A stretch of 64,000 nucleotides of DNA, taken from NCBI GenBank assembly GCA_021613535.1, contig CP075496.1, forward strand, positions 1,302,001 to 1,366,000, given 5' to 3'. The position numbers and the translations under genes are program-made. The number at the start of each line of letters is the position of its first letter. Position 1 is the stretch's first letter. Shown here one piece after another: positions 48,540-62,157 of this stretch. Under the pieces are notes generated by a model. It had not been told where the DNA came from and ran no database searches. It was given only the letters and a program-made list of their open reading frames with translations. The stretch is from Adineta vaga. Its lineage: Eukaryota > Animalia > Rotifera.

Positions 48540-48851
48540 TCATCCTTGTCGAGATATCCATAATGGTTTGCCATAAAAACGATTTCCACGTGTTCGACGT
48601 GATAACCATAATGGACTAAGACGAAATTTTGAATATTGATTTCGTTTATTTACTTGATCTTCATTTTCATCATTGTGATTTCCATTAATTTCAGATGAAT
48701 CAAACATCGATGGATGCTCATTAAGTTCATCAATCACTGAAGCCAATTGTTGATCCTGTTGAGTTCGATAATATTCTCGAGGAATACCATATAAGGTGTG
48801 AATAAGAAGACAAAAGAATACAAAGATAGTTAATGATATACGATTATGCAT
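48540..48851 (-). CDS. Neuropeptide precursor (103 aa)
   Basis: Signal peptide, acidic spacer, then KR-NQYSKFRLSPLWLS-RR-TRGNRFYGKPLWISRQ-G-stop. Duplicated PLW[LI]SR motif and a terminal Gly (amide donor). Confidence 0.8.
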   Translation of the reverse strand: MHNRISLTIFVFFCLLIHTLYGIPREYYRTQQDQQLASVIDELNEHPSMFDSSEINGNHNDENEDQVNKRNQYSKFRLSPLWLSRRTRGNRFYGKPLWISRQG

Positions 48852-49346
48852 TGTAATTTTAGTTAAGAAAACTTTCTATTGTGAAAGGGAATTTATATTC
48901 GGACGCTAGAAGAAAATACCTTAGAGAGAGAAAAACCGTGGGGGTAGAGAGAAAAATACGATATAAACCAATCAAGATTGAGTATATAGACGAAATACTA
49001 CTTCTTCTTTTTTCTTTTTCTTCTTTGGTCTTACGTCAGTCATTTCTTTCACAGACATGAGAACATCCTACACAACACGATTAGAATCATGTCTAATCAT
49101 AATAAGAAATAATCGATATAAAAATGAATGGCCTTGTTCGTCTATATTTTCTTTTTCTAATCAAAATAATTTAAAAGAATAATCATTAAGATCACTTTCT
49201 TTAGAAAGCAATCGTTTTGAATAGAAGAAAAGGAAAACAAAAGAGTTCATCAATCATACCGAAGAAGAAGAAGAAAAAGAAACCCAAATGAAAATTCATC
49301 AATCATGTATCTTTAGATAAAAATGAGTCTATAATTGATTTTCGAA

Positions 49347-52114
49347 ATGCTATTGAATCTTTTTCTTCTGATCCATTTCGTCAATCTTCATTCCATCGTT
49401 TCATCCAATGAATATCTGGCAAATACAAGCAAACATCTTTTCTATTTTCTTCAAGTAAATTCGATCGTTTTTCAAAGTATAAAATCAATTGATTATTTAG
49501 ATAACTGATATTCATATAACTCATTTTGGTCATGAAGATCGAATGAAACAATTTGAAGAGTTTTGTAATCAAATTATCAAAACATTAATTAAACCTGAAG
49601 TAACAATTGTGTCAGGTAGAGAATTCAATTATGTTCTTTGCCTTTTTTCATTAATTCAGTTATTTCTTATTCAGGTGATCTTGTAAATAGTGTAGCAAGT
49701 TTGAAATCTAAACATGATCCATTATTTGGAACAGCACAATATGAAAAGGAATGGATTATTTATCGAAATATATTAGATCGAACGAATGTTACACAATATA
49801 CAAAATGGTTGGATACTAAAGGAAATCATGGTAAAGAAATAAGGATATGAGGAGATTATTAAATTGATGAATTTCAATGAATAGATACGTTTATGGATTC
49901 AAATCCTGATTCAGTAAATAGTTATTTTCGGTAAGAGAAACTGTTTGTGTTTTGTAGAGGAAATATCTTTTGACTTTTATTCAAGTATGTATTCGCATCA
50001 AGGACAAGTTCATAGTGGTTCATATGAATATACATTGAGAACGAAGGATAATGATAGTTACTCATTTATTAGTATTGATTTATGTCCGAAACCGGGTATT
50101 GGACGACCATTTAATTTCTTTGGTTTAATGAGTAATGTAAAAGAAAATATTTTATTTGGTGAAAAAGTTCTGTTTTTTTTTTCTTAAAATTTCAGAAAGA
50201 AATGCAAAATTTGAGAAAATTATCAGAACGAACGAAAAATTCCACAACAGTTATCTTATTCGGTCATTATCCTTTATCTTTTACTTATGCATCTGGACTT
50301 CAACAACTTATGAATCATGCGATCGTTTATCTAAATGGTCATTTACATTCCGGTATTAAACATCTATATACTCGTCATTCAAGTGGATTACTTGAATTCG
50401 AATTAGGTGATTGGAAATCTAATCGACGGTAAAACTAAAATGACCAATGAATCTTTTGTTTATTTCGTTTGAATAGATTTCGTTTGATCACAATCGATTC
50501 CGGACTTTTATCATTTGAAGATTATCGATTTAATCAACCAATCTATGCTATTATATCAAATCCAAAAGCAGCGAAATTTCAAACATCAAGAGAACCATTA
50601 AATCGACTAAGTCAAAGTACACATATTAGGTTTATTCAAATCAAATATGTCTTGGATTTTATCAATAAGAAATCTTTTCTATTTGTTTTAGAATTCTTAT
50701 ATTTGCTTATTTACCGATTAGTGATGTCAAAATATTCATTGATGGACAAGCGAAAGGTTCTGCTGTACAAACAAATGATCATAAGAATTTGTTTGTTTTA
50801 CCATGGAATACAAGTTTATATAATGATGGAAATCTTCATGAAATATCTGTTCAAATTAAAGTAAATTAAAACGAAAGTAAAATTTCATAGTTGATTATTT
50901 TTTGTTTAAAAGGATAATGGCAATAATACTGTGACTATTACTCATGAGTTTTCTTTCTCACTTTCAACGAGAATACCTTGGAATAGATCAAAGTTTTTAC
51001 TTTCGATTCATCTACCAACTTTCGTAAAAGATGATTTCTCTTTTCTTTTCTAAAACTGACTTTATTTTCTTTTAGGGTCTTTGTATTCAGATATTATCTC
51101 TATGTATCTACATACTTATTCTCTTCTTCTTCCGATATCAAGCTAAACATAAATCTAGTAAGTTGAATTTTCAGGTACATATCATAGAATACAAGCATAG
51201 GCGGAGATACAATCAACGATTGTAGAAATACGTAAGATATCGATCAAAATTCGAAGAACATATGCCCACAAACTAATGAGAAGAAAACAGATTCATGCAA
51301 TGTCTGTCATATTTGTTTACACATAAGGATCGATTAGATCTATTTCGATAAAAATAACTTTATATGACAATCTTCAATATTTTTTGCAGGCCATTTTACT
51401 GGACGATGTGTTTTATGGAATCGATTTCGTTTACGAATGACACTTCTTTGTTCTGTTGATTTGATCTTCTATTCCCTCGTCAGTTTTTCAATCTATCATC
51501 TCATCGGTATTGATCTTTGATTATTCCTTTAACATCATGTCTAAATCGATTGTTTTGTAAATTAAGGTCCATGGTATATTGGTTATTTAACAAAAGATGA
51601 TATCGGTAGTGTATTTTTATGGGGAATATTAGTTCAAAAACATTATTTACCAACTGATACACAAATTCAGACAGGATTTGTTCAAGTAAAATCTTTTCTG
51701 AACTCGAAAAACTAGTTTTCTTTGAAATTTTAGTTATGTTTCTTCTTATTTCCATTAACAAATTGTTTAAGTTTTCTTTGTTATTATCGTTACAAACAAC
51801 TTCAATCAAATACAAATCGAATCAAACTTTATTTCAGTCGTTGTTGGAGAATCTTGACTGTTTACATTCTTTTTCTATATACAATAAGTTTTCTTACTTT
51901 CTGGTCATTTGTAATAACAGCATCGTATAAATTTGCCTGGATTTTATCTCCATTTGGTCTGATATTAATTGCTTTAACCATACTTCTTTATATTCAAGTT
52001 CATCGATTAAAATTTGAAGATTTTCATTTGTTAATTTCAAACAATTCCACAGAAATAATCACTTCTCCGAATTCGAAAATTTACGAACAAGAATTCGTTT
52101 TAAAATCTCAGTAG
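49347..52114 (+). CDS. TMEM62: Transmembrane protein 62-like (calcineurin-like metallophosphoesterase + C-terminal TM region), multi-exon
   Basis: Signal peptide; FLQ|ITDIHI, SGDL, WLDTKGNHD, FGHYP, YLNGHLH, LEFELGDWK, STHIRIL; hydrophobic C-terminus. Confidence 0.85.
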
Positions 52115-52415
52115 ATAATCGAACAGTTTTATTTATTTGTATAATCTCGCGCGAATGAAAGTTATCAGAATATTTTTAAATAAATATTTCAAAAAATTAA
52201 CTTCTCCTATTGGAAATCTTACGCACAATGAATTTCAAACTAAACATTAGGCAAATAAGACAAGAGTTTCCTCAAAAGATTTTATTCTTTTTGTCCAAAA
52301 AAACAACAACTAGCAAATAGAAGAACAAACACAAAAAATAATCACATGAAAGAAATACTTTTCTTAGCTAGTTCAAAGAACTTATTTAACAAAAAACATA
52401 AATAAACAGAATGTT

Positions 52416-55400
52416 TTACTGAACTTGAACAGTGGATCCTGTCTTATTGATAATTGCATTTGTATTACTACGATTATCTTTACTATAATCATGTTTTTCA
52501 CTTTTCGAATCATGACGACGATGTTTTCTATGATAATCATGATGATAATGGTCTTTTCGTTTTTTGTTATGAATAGAACCAGTTTCGTCATTGATTTTAT
52601 TCGAAGAATTTGATAGAATTGAAGATTTTTCATTCATCACTGTTTCAATTCGTGATGCAAGAGTTTTAGGTCGTACATCCGATGGCACTGTAGGATCATC
52701 ATTTCTATGTGAACGAGATTGATCACGATTTCGACTAAAAGAAATAATGAGAAAAGAAAAGAGAGATTGAAAATGTATTCTTACTCGGAATGATGATGTT
52801 TGGAAGAGGAAGATTCATGCATATAAACAATCGTACGTTGAGTAGATTGTTGAACTGTTGGTGGTGGACGAGGCGAACGACGTCTTTCACGAGTTGAATG
52901 GTATGAACGTGGAGATAATCTAAATCAATGAAGGAGAAATGTAGAAGAAGTTGTATTTTGTAATAAATCTTACTTTCGAGATTTTGATGAATGATAATCA
53001 TTGCGTAGAGGAGGAGTTCGTCGTCGAGGTTTCGATATAATTGGTGATCGTCGTTTTTCTCGATGATTTGGTGAGATTTTTCGTGATTCTTCATGGCGAT
53101 GATTTCGACTATGTGAGGAACGATGACGATGACGACGAGATAATGATGAATGACGTGAATCACTGATTTAATTTAAAAACATAATAGAATGTTTCATTTG
53201 CATACTAATGATTAACTTACTTGCTAGTATTGGATGAATAAGATGAACGAGAACGATGACGACTAATCGATCGTTTACTAGAAAAAAACAGAAAAGAAAG
53301 ATTTAGAGATATCTGTCAGTTAATTCTATTGAAAATACCGTTGTTTTGAATGAAATTCATCTTTTGGAAGAATCGTGTCGATCGATTTTGATATTGGTTG
53401 TGTAGTTGTATCTTGATGATGATGAGCAATTACTGTTGAGGTTGAAGTTGCAGCATATGTTGTACCTGGTTGATGAAGTGAAGATATATTTGCTGTTTCG
53501 TAATGTGTAACATGAAATCCATTGATTGGATTTGGTTGAAGATGTGTTGCATTGAATGAATGAGGATGAGTTACAGGAAAATGTGGATGTTGAGGATAAT
53601 GATGATAGCCACCGGGTGGGAGAATTGGAGGAGCACCGGGATATGAAAGATGCATTGGTGGAGGATAAAAATTACTGAAAGAAATTGAGAAAATGGAAAG
53701 TTCAAGAGAATAATGTCGAAAAATTTACTGATGAATTGGATAGAAATTCGTTGATGATGCTGGTAAAATTGATGGAGGATACATCATATTATGATACATA
53801 TGTTGTTGTTGATGATGATGTGAAGGAGTTGGATAATAGTGTGAAAGCATAGGTGTTGCAGTAGTTGTTGTTGTCGTTGGTGGAGATGAAAGAATTGTAC
53901 TGACTGGTGTCAGTTGAGATGGAGGAGTTTGACGATCAGATTTTCCAGCTTTATAACAAATTAGTTTTTCCAAGAAGAAAACTTCATTTTGTAAAAGGAT
54001 TCTTTACCTTCTGAAATATTTGTATCCATTTCTGTATTTGATATTTCTTCGTCGATACCATTATTCACTGTTAATAATTGAAAATTATCATCTTTTTCAC
54101 TAGAATCGATGAAGAAAACAAAGGAAAATCTTTCCTAATGCAAAAATCCTCGGAATATACCTGGCTGTTGTTCCATCTTCAGATGTCGTATCAACCGATT
54201 GCGTCATTACTACTGGCGAAGATATTGATGGTGATTGACCACGTCCAAGTGGTTGCATTCGAATAACAATTGGTGCTGTTTTCACTGTTTGTTGCGGTAC
54301 TGTCGGAAGATTCATTGTCTCATATTCATCAGTATCACTTGATAGTTGATTATTTATCAATCCAACGGATCGTGTTGATGATGAATCAAAATCTTTTTCT
54401 ATCGTCTGTGGTGATAAATAATGATTTGCTGATATGTATGGATACGAAGATTTTCGTTGTCGTTCTTCAAGCCAATTATTAATATGTTTTCGTAAGAATA
54501 AATTTGGATTTATCTGATCAATCGCAACATGTTGACGATGACAATGTGGACATTCATGATCTTCACTTTCAATTAAAGCTGTACGAATACCTTTAAAAAT
54601 AGATATAGACATTAAAATTCAATTGAATTTTCTTTTCATTATTTTATTACATTCATCACAAAAACTATTATGGCAACATGGTGTGATCACTGCATCATTA
54701 TAAATTTGTTTACATATAGGACAGAGGAGATCCTCAGATGGTAAATCTTCATCAGCAGATTTTGTTGGTAACATGGATGGTGGTGGAGCTGGTGGAAGAA
54801 CACCTTTTTCTTGAAATTGTCGAGCTCGTTGAGCTAAAGCATCTGCTTTCTTTTCGCTGTTTTCCACAATTAATTGACTACAGATAAGATAAACTGTTTT
54901 GCTTCCGTATTAAAGTGAAAATACTTACGCCATTTGTCGTGGTACAACAGAAGTACCGGCTTGATCTGAAAAAGCACCGGGGATATGTCTTGGAATACGA
55001 ATAAGACCACCACGTGGTATTCCTGTGGGTTTTTTTGGTAATGGCTCTTGTCGTACATGACCTGTTCCACGATAATGAGCACGATTACCATGATGTGGAT
55101 GATGATGAGGATGGAATGTTGATTTCATAGTATCAGTTCTACCACCGGATGATGAAGGATTTCCATTGGTATTCGTCGATGATGACTGCTGAAGATAGAA
55201 AGGTATGAACGAAAAGATAAACAAGATTAGAGTTTGTTTCTTTTTCATATTTGTTTTATTGGATGAAGATTCTCTATGAGAATAAGATGGGTATGTACTT
55301 TTATGATAGAGATGACCCTCAAGATGGGATGATTAGAATACAAAGTAGCTTTATTATTTATGATAAAAGAATCTAATTTACAAAATGGAATGGATATGGA

Positions 55401-56353
55401 CAAAACAACAGATAATAAAGATCGACGTTGATGGACAAAGATAATTATATATGATGAATCCATAGTAAATATGGAACCTACCAGAAGAAGTGGACATTGA
55501 TTTCTTAAATGACCCGGTTGTTTACAATTGTGACATATCTGCGAATTATTCGATCGACGCGATGATCTAAAACAATCAATGTACCGATTGACAGAGATAT
55601 GTAAAATAGTCGAAGTTATATTTACAAATATTGAGAACGAGATGTTTTCACAATTTCTTTGATTCGTTCATCTTCAGTCAATTCAGTTGTTTCCGTTGTA
55701 TTTAATGGCTATGAATACAAATTAATCAACTAAATTTATATTCATTCAACATTCATAAACTTACCGGCGTAAGCATTTCTAATGGAACCGGTATACTTTC
55801 AACCATCGTTGACGATGTTGTCTAAAATCAATTCCAAAAGATATTCTATAATATTCAAAATGAATATCTAACTTACAATTTGCGTTGGTTGATACATCGC
55901 TGGTAATAGATATCTATCAAATTCGATGAAACTATCTTTGAACAACAGAAAATATCTTTTTAAACTTACTCTTTAACAATATCATCAGAAGAAACGACTG
56001 GTTTGTGAATTGATGATGGTGTTAATGATTCAAATGTTCCTCGAATACGACGAGTTACAACTACACTTGTATTTCGCGCAATCATATCCGAACTATCCTT
56101 GTATTCTAGAAATGATTGAAAAGATTAAAAAAACATGATGATTTGAATAAAGCAATTCACCTATATGTGTTGTTGAATCGCTAATGATTAAATCATAATC
56201 ATCTTTGGTATGATTTGATCCAGATCGAGATGATTTCTCAATAATTAATCGTTTCAATTCTCCAAGAGAACAACTCATGCCTTCGAATTGAATGGATTCG
56301 TAATCTCGATCTGCTTTGTACTTATATCGAATAATTGACATTGTTTTAGCCAT
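52416..56353 (-). CDS. RBBP6: RBBP6/Mpe1-like E3 ligase (DWNN + zinc knuckle + RING + RS-rich), multi-exon
   Basis: MSIIRYKYKADRDYESIQFEG..LGELKRLI (DWNN); CHNCKQPGHLRNQC; KKPTGIPR; LLCPICKQIYNDAVITPCCHNSFCDECIRTALIESEDHECPHC; RS-rich tail. Confidence 0.92.
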
Positions 56354-59034
56354 ATGAAGATAGATGAACAAAATTATGAAGAGACCAAAATATTCTAATT
56401 AACAATCGACAAACACGATAAAGAAATATTTAACATGATCAATAAATCATATATAATCAGATGTATGAAGCTATTATATCATTCAATCTAGAAAGTCAAA
56501 TAATCAATATCAAGGTTTATATTATTATCTATCTTATGTGATATTGAATAAGGTCGAAAAATCAAGGCAAATAAAAGCCCTATGAGTCATGAAGATTGAA
56601 TAACTATCATCATAGGATCAGTCAAAACAAATCTCGTATGCAGAAGAGAAAACTACCTCTACATTTATAGATGATTTCTCTGTAAATGAAATTCAGAAAA
56701 CTGATTGTGAAATTTCTAAAGCGAAAAATTTCCAATGATTCATCTAGTGAGACATATAGTGACATCTATTACCGCTAGTAGTTTAAAGACTTCGCATTAT
56801 ATCATATACAGTGCTTGATTGACTTACGCCATCAGAATCAGAACTTAATAATAGAAGAAAGAAGAAAAACATGATGAAAATGAGTATATTTGTTTTAATT
56901 ACTAATATTTTCTAATTAAGAGACAGAATATTAGTCAAATGAATAGATTTTTATATACGTCACTATTCCTATTTCTAGCTTTGTTTTTTTCTCGTTATAT
57001 TTCTCTCTCGTTCAGTCTGTACTTGTTATGCCCTGAATCTTACCCAGATACAGTTCATAAGAATGATCTTCACTATGATCGTATATGTGTTATATTCTCT
57101 TTTGTTCCCGTTTCTGTTCTTTTATATAGGTATTTTCCCCTCTTGTCATTCTCTCTATCGAGAGGTATTTTCTTCTCTTTCATATATGGGGGATTAGTCC
57201 TCTCTCTGTTATCTTTCATATTATTCTAGATGTTCATTTTAGGGATTTACCTTGCGTATTCATATATGGTTTTTTTCCTTTTGCAAACCTATATATATAT
57301 ATATATACGTTCATTTTGTATCGAGAGTGTGTGCGATAAGATAAACGTCAAGTGAATAAAGAGGGTATAACAGTACTTCTATTAGTTATAGTGAATCTGA
57401 CAATTTAAACATCGGAGATATTCGAACAAATACGAAAATAGCTTGGATGATAAATTAATCGGTATATGTTTTAGTCATGTTAGATTATATATAGATAACA
57501 GAATAAGGTTAAAGAGCAGTCTAATCTTATAACTACAAAGCAATATCCAACACCCATCCTCTGAAGACCTTTCTTTAACTAAAAAGCAACTATAGAGCTA
57601 CTGACCATATTTGTATCCTTTTGTTGAGAATCTGAGGAATACAGCAACTGTAAAATGTTCTCATTTAAGCTGCAAAATTGATTTGATTTGATGTAACCTT
57701 TTCGATTGACTAAACAAATTGAATTACTGGAAATTCTATAATAATCTGAGATTATCCTGATAAAAAAAGAATAACAATATCAGATAGAAAGATTTATGCC
57801 ATCTAATATCGGCATCTATTGATACGGAGAAGTCGAAAGAAAAGGAATTCAAATACGAAATGATTAGATTATACTTTGTTACAAATCGATCATCATTCAA
57901 AAACGTTTCTTTATAACATCAATCGTTAGAAATAACTAGACAAGAATTTCATTGGTAGAAATTAACTTCAATCGACAAACAATTTCTTTCCTTTAACCTT
58001 TAAATGCCAATCTGATTTTTATCAAATTATTCTTCAGAATACATTTTTCCTAAAACTTTTATTTAAGAACATTTCAAACGGATAAGTTCGCCTTCGTAAT
58101 CATAGAATTCGGTTTAGATTCTCCAGATTGATGTACGAAAATCATGTAGAATGAGGAAGTATGATTATTCAAAATCGCCATCGAATCATTACGAAAGTAT
58201 AGCCTTAGTTATTATAAGACATCAAGCGCAAACAGTATCAGATATTGTTTGATCGATAGACTTCGACATCTATTTTTCCGTAAAACTCGGAAGAAAAGAA
58301 ATTACAAAATAAGGAAGAATTGGAAAGAACCAGTGACATTTAATATTATATCGAGTTACACAAAAAGGAAACTTTTGATGAAATTACATGGTTGAATAGC
58401 AATGAATTCTTTCAAACATTTTAATTTATGAGAAAAATTTGTTTTGAATATGACTTTTCAATAAATTAATATCTCAAACAACATTTTCATATCGTATATG
58501 AATCAAGAAAGTCCTTCTCAAAAGTTCTCTTCTTTCTCAATGACATTTCTATTTCGAATCATAGTTTTTCATCTTTTCTAACTTGGATACGCATGAGTTC
58601 TCTCGAATATAAATTGATATTCTCCTAACTTCTTTCTTTCTCTTTTCGATTCAGATAATTTTTATCGCAAATAAAATCTCTATTGATTCTTTTTCTAGAT
58701 TGTTCGACAAATTGATCAATTAAAACCTTACACAAAAGATCATTTCTATTGCAAAGGTAAGTCAAGAAAAAGCCAAATGAAAACACTTGATGATATAAGC
58801 ATTTCAATAGATATGTGTGTGTTTTTTCTCTCTTGAAATACACTTTCGATTCGAAGGCATATTAATCATTCAACTATCACTGCCATCTATTCAATTATCT
58901 AAGTGACCATTGGCTCAATTTCCTTGTTGTCATTAATCATTCTTCCTTTCTTTTTTATTCCTCTTTCTGTCAATGAAATGAGACAAAAAAAACGGAAAAA
59001 AAAACAATTGAAGATTTTTCTTTTGTCTTTAGAT

Positions 59035-61513
59035 ATGAGTTTATCTCCGATATCTTCTCCAACGAAAATGATTACTAATTCCAGTTCTTCAGATGATTCA
59101 CCAAAAGAAGAAGGTAATGTAAAAGAATGCCAAAGAATTGTTCTTTGAGAATTAATTCATTTTTAGAACATGATTGGCAAAGTTATTTAATTGAAACAAA
59201 TAGTGAAGCAGCACCAGCGGAAAATTTCAAACAAGTAAAGATAATTATGAGAAATGTGAAGAAATTCATTGAATTATTTATTTGTTCTAGACATTGATTC
59301 CACCAGAAAATAGTTTTGTTATAGGAGAAAAACTTGAATCAATTGATCCGCGAAATCAAGATTCATGGTGTATTGGAACAATTGTTGAGAAAGATGGACC
59401 AAGATTACGAATACGATTAGATGGAACTGATGATCGAAATGATTTTTGGCGTTTAGTTGATTCAACAGATATTCGTTGTTATGGAACAACAGCCAAACTA
59501 GTAGGAAGAATCGTTTTTATTTGTAATGCCATGTTCAAATATTCTTTTTCAGAATGGACAAATTGTTCCTCCACTTGGTTTTCAACAGAATTCGACACGT
59601 TGGGCAAAATATTTCGAAAAAAATGTGAAATCAGGTCCATTTGCAGCTGAATCATGTTTTAAATCTCAACCACCTAAGCCTGAAAAGAATTTTTTTAAAA
59701 AAGGACAAAAATTAGAAGCTGTTGATCCTCGACATCCCAATCTGATCTGTCCAGCGACAGTTAGTAATGTCATTCCAGGTGATCCGTCGATTAACGATAT
59801 CATTAGATGGATGGAGTTCATCGAATAATTTCAAAGTTGACTATGTATCGCGAGATATTTTTCCCGTTGGATGGTGTCGACTTGCAGGACTTCGAATTGC
59901 TAAAGTTGGAGGAAATCGTAAGTTTTATCTTGTATTTTCCAAATGAAATTCAATGATTTCGTCTTTAGCAGCCGCTCGAACATCGAATAAAACATTACCC
60001 GTAACTCCCAATAAACAAAATGGAAATGTACGATCACAACCAAAATCGAAGAAACCAGTTGTTTCGCCATCATCAAATGATTCATCTTATTCTCCAACAA
60101 CCATGGATGAGAAAAATAACAATCTAGTAACAAAACCTAAATCAAAATCGACATCATGTTTGAAAAAGGAACAAAGAAATTCCAATGAATTTGATGAAAA
60201 TATCAAAACAGAACGACCGATTGGTAAAACTAAACTTCACTCTTTCAATAAAAATTTCAATTCAACTCATATTTTAGTAACTGTATATCTAAATTATATG
60301 GATGATAATAGTGGAATGTTATTAAATCCACAAAAATTTCGTGTTTCAATGCCATCAATATTCGGTCCAGCAGAAATTCATACTGTCTTAGCAACAATAT
60401 TCAATTCTTGTATCAAATGTGCTTTTCAACAAACATCATTTCTCAAACGAATTCTCGATATATTTCCAGTACCAAAAGATCAAGAAAAAGATTCTTATAC
60501 ACAATTAAAATGTATGTGAAATAGACGAATTTATTCTAAGAATATAAATATTTTTCTAGTGGATAATGGAACAATTATTTTTCTATCACATTTGGATACA
60601 TTAGATGACTTTTGGGATGTTATTCGAACATTTCAAAATGTAATTCTTTCTGGGAATGATCTATTTATTTCAACTCCACCAGTAGCATCATTGAACAATC
60701 AAAGTAAACTATCGTAAAGAAATCCATACAATCGTAATTTGAATCTTTATTTATTTAGGTAATGGTTCATCGTCATCATTTCTCGATTCATCAGTATCAC
60801 CCGGTATGTATTGAATGAAAGTTTTTCAAAGAAAATAAAGTTTTTCTTTTCTAGATAAAAAAGAATGTGCTCCAGCAAATCGATCAACGATTAGTAATGC
60901 AATGAAACGGAAAAGTACAGAGTTAATATCATATTCAGGTATGAAAATATCTTTGAGTTTCTGAAATGATGTTTTTGCCTTTCTTTTAGACAATAAAACG
61001 TTTATTAGTAATGGTAAATCTGCTCGATCAGATTCGAATGAAAGATCAGTTTATGATACAAGTAACATTTTCAATGAAAAGGAAACTAATTCTTCTTTTG
61101 ATATTTAGAACCTTTATTGACTAACAATACTAATCCAATAACAACAAATCAACCAGCGATTAAAACCATACAAAATGGTAGTATGTTTATATTTGCGAAT
61201 TTAATATTCAAATTGATTTGTTTTCTTCTTATAGGTGGATCTCGTCGTCCAGAACGTTATACACCAAGTGAAGTTGCAGCATTTGTTCGTGGAATTGATC
61301 CATCCTTTGATAGTCTTGCTACACGTTTTCTCCAAGAGGTATTTTTTCTATTGATTTTCATTCATTGATTAATCCAGTCTAATTTGTTTCTAGGAAATCG
61401 ATGGCAAAGCTCTTCTTTTACTTAATACAGATACATTAATGCGACATATGGGTTTAAAACTTGGTCCATCCCTTAAAATCGTTCATCATATTGAAAATTT
61501 GAAGAAATCCTAG
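59035..61513 (+). CDS. Scm: Polycomb Sex comb on midleg-like (2 MBT + SLED + SAM), with an apparent frameshift in MBT2
   Basis: DWQSYL..AAPAENFKQ; GEKLESIDPRNQDSWCIGT..RLDGTDDRNDFWRLVDS; GQKLEAVDP..LICPATV; DIFPVGWC; VTVYLN..MPSIFGP; EIDGKALLLLNTDTLMRHMGLKLGPSLKI. Extra base near 59784. Confidence 0.88.
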
Positions 61514-62157
61514 ACAAAGTCATATTGATCTTTTTGTTCTAGTCTGATCTATTGCATTGTTTGTTTGTTTTTTTCTAAACTAATTCTCGGTGATTCTTTT
61601 TGATTTGCACTCAAAATGAGAAGCACATGATCTTATTTTTGTATCATAACAGTGCACTCTCCATTTTCTCAAAATCGTTCATTTTCTTCTTTTCTATGTA
61701 TATATATATATATATATTATCGTCGAATGGGTTTATGTGAATATATTCAAAAGATTATGTTGAACCTTCTTGTCCGTTTAACTTATATGATGATCGAATC
61801 TGATGATTTTAGTTCTACTGTTGATTCAAAGAGAAAAAAACGTATAAAAGAGAAACTCTTTCTACTGTTTAAATATAAAATACATATATTTTGCCTGTTT
61901 GTGTGTATGTGTATGCTTTATTTTTGTTTCTATACTTATTTGTCAATAAATGATGATGTTGTTCTGTTGATTGTCACTAATTATGTAATGTTGTTGACTT
62001 TCTTTTCCTGTTTTTCTTTCTTTCTTTCTGTTTGTTTGTTTTTTTCTCTTCTGTTTCTTATATATAGTCTTGGAAATGATGAAGAAAAGAAAAGAAAATA
62101 AAATTTTAAACAACTTGAAAGATTGTGTCTACAATGAGATAATCCAATTTAGTTTAG

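Noticed and set aside
49031-49038. CRE-like TTACGTCA upstream of the neuropeptide gene
   Set aside because: A single imperfect site in a shared divergent promoter; too weak alone.
56939-57229. Hydrophobic 96-aa ORF, and similar ORFs such as 61652-62101 and 21048-21242
   Set aside because: Phe/Leu/Ser-rich translations of T/C-rich UTR or intergenic DNA with no motifs.
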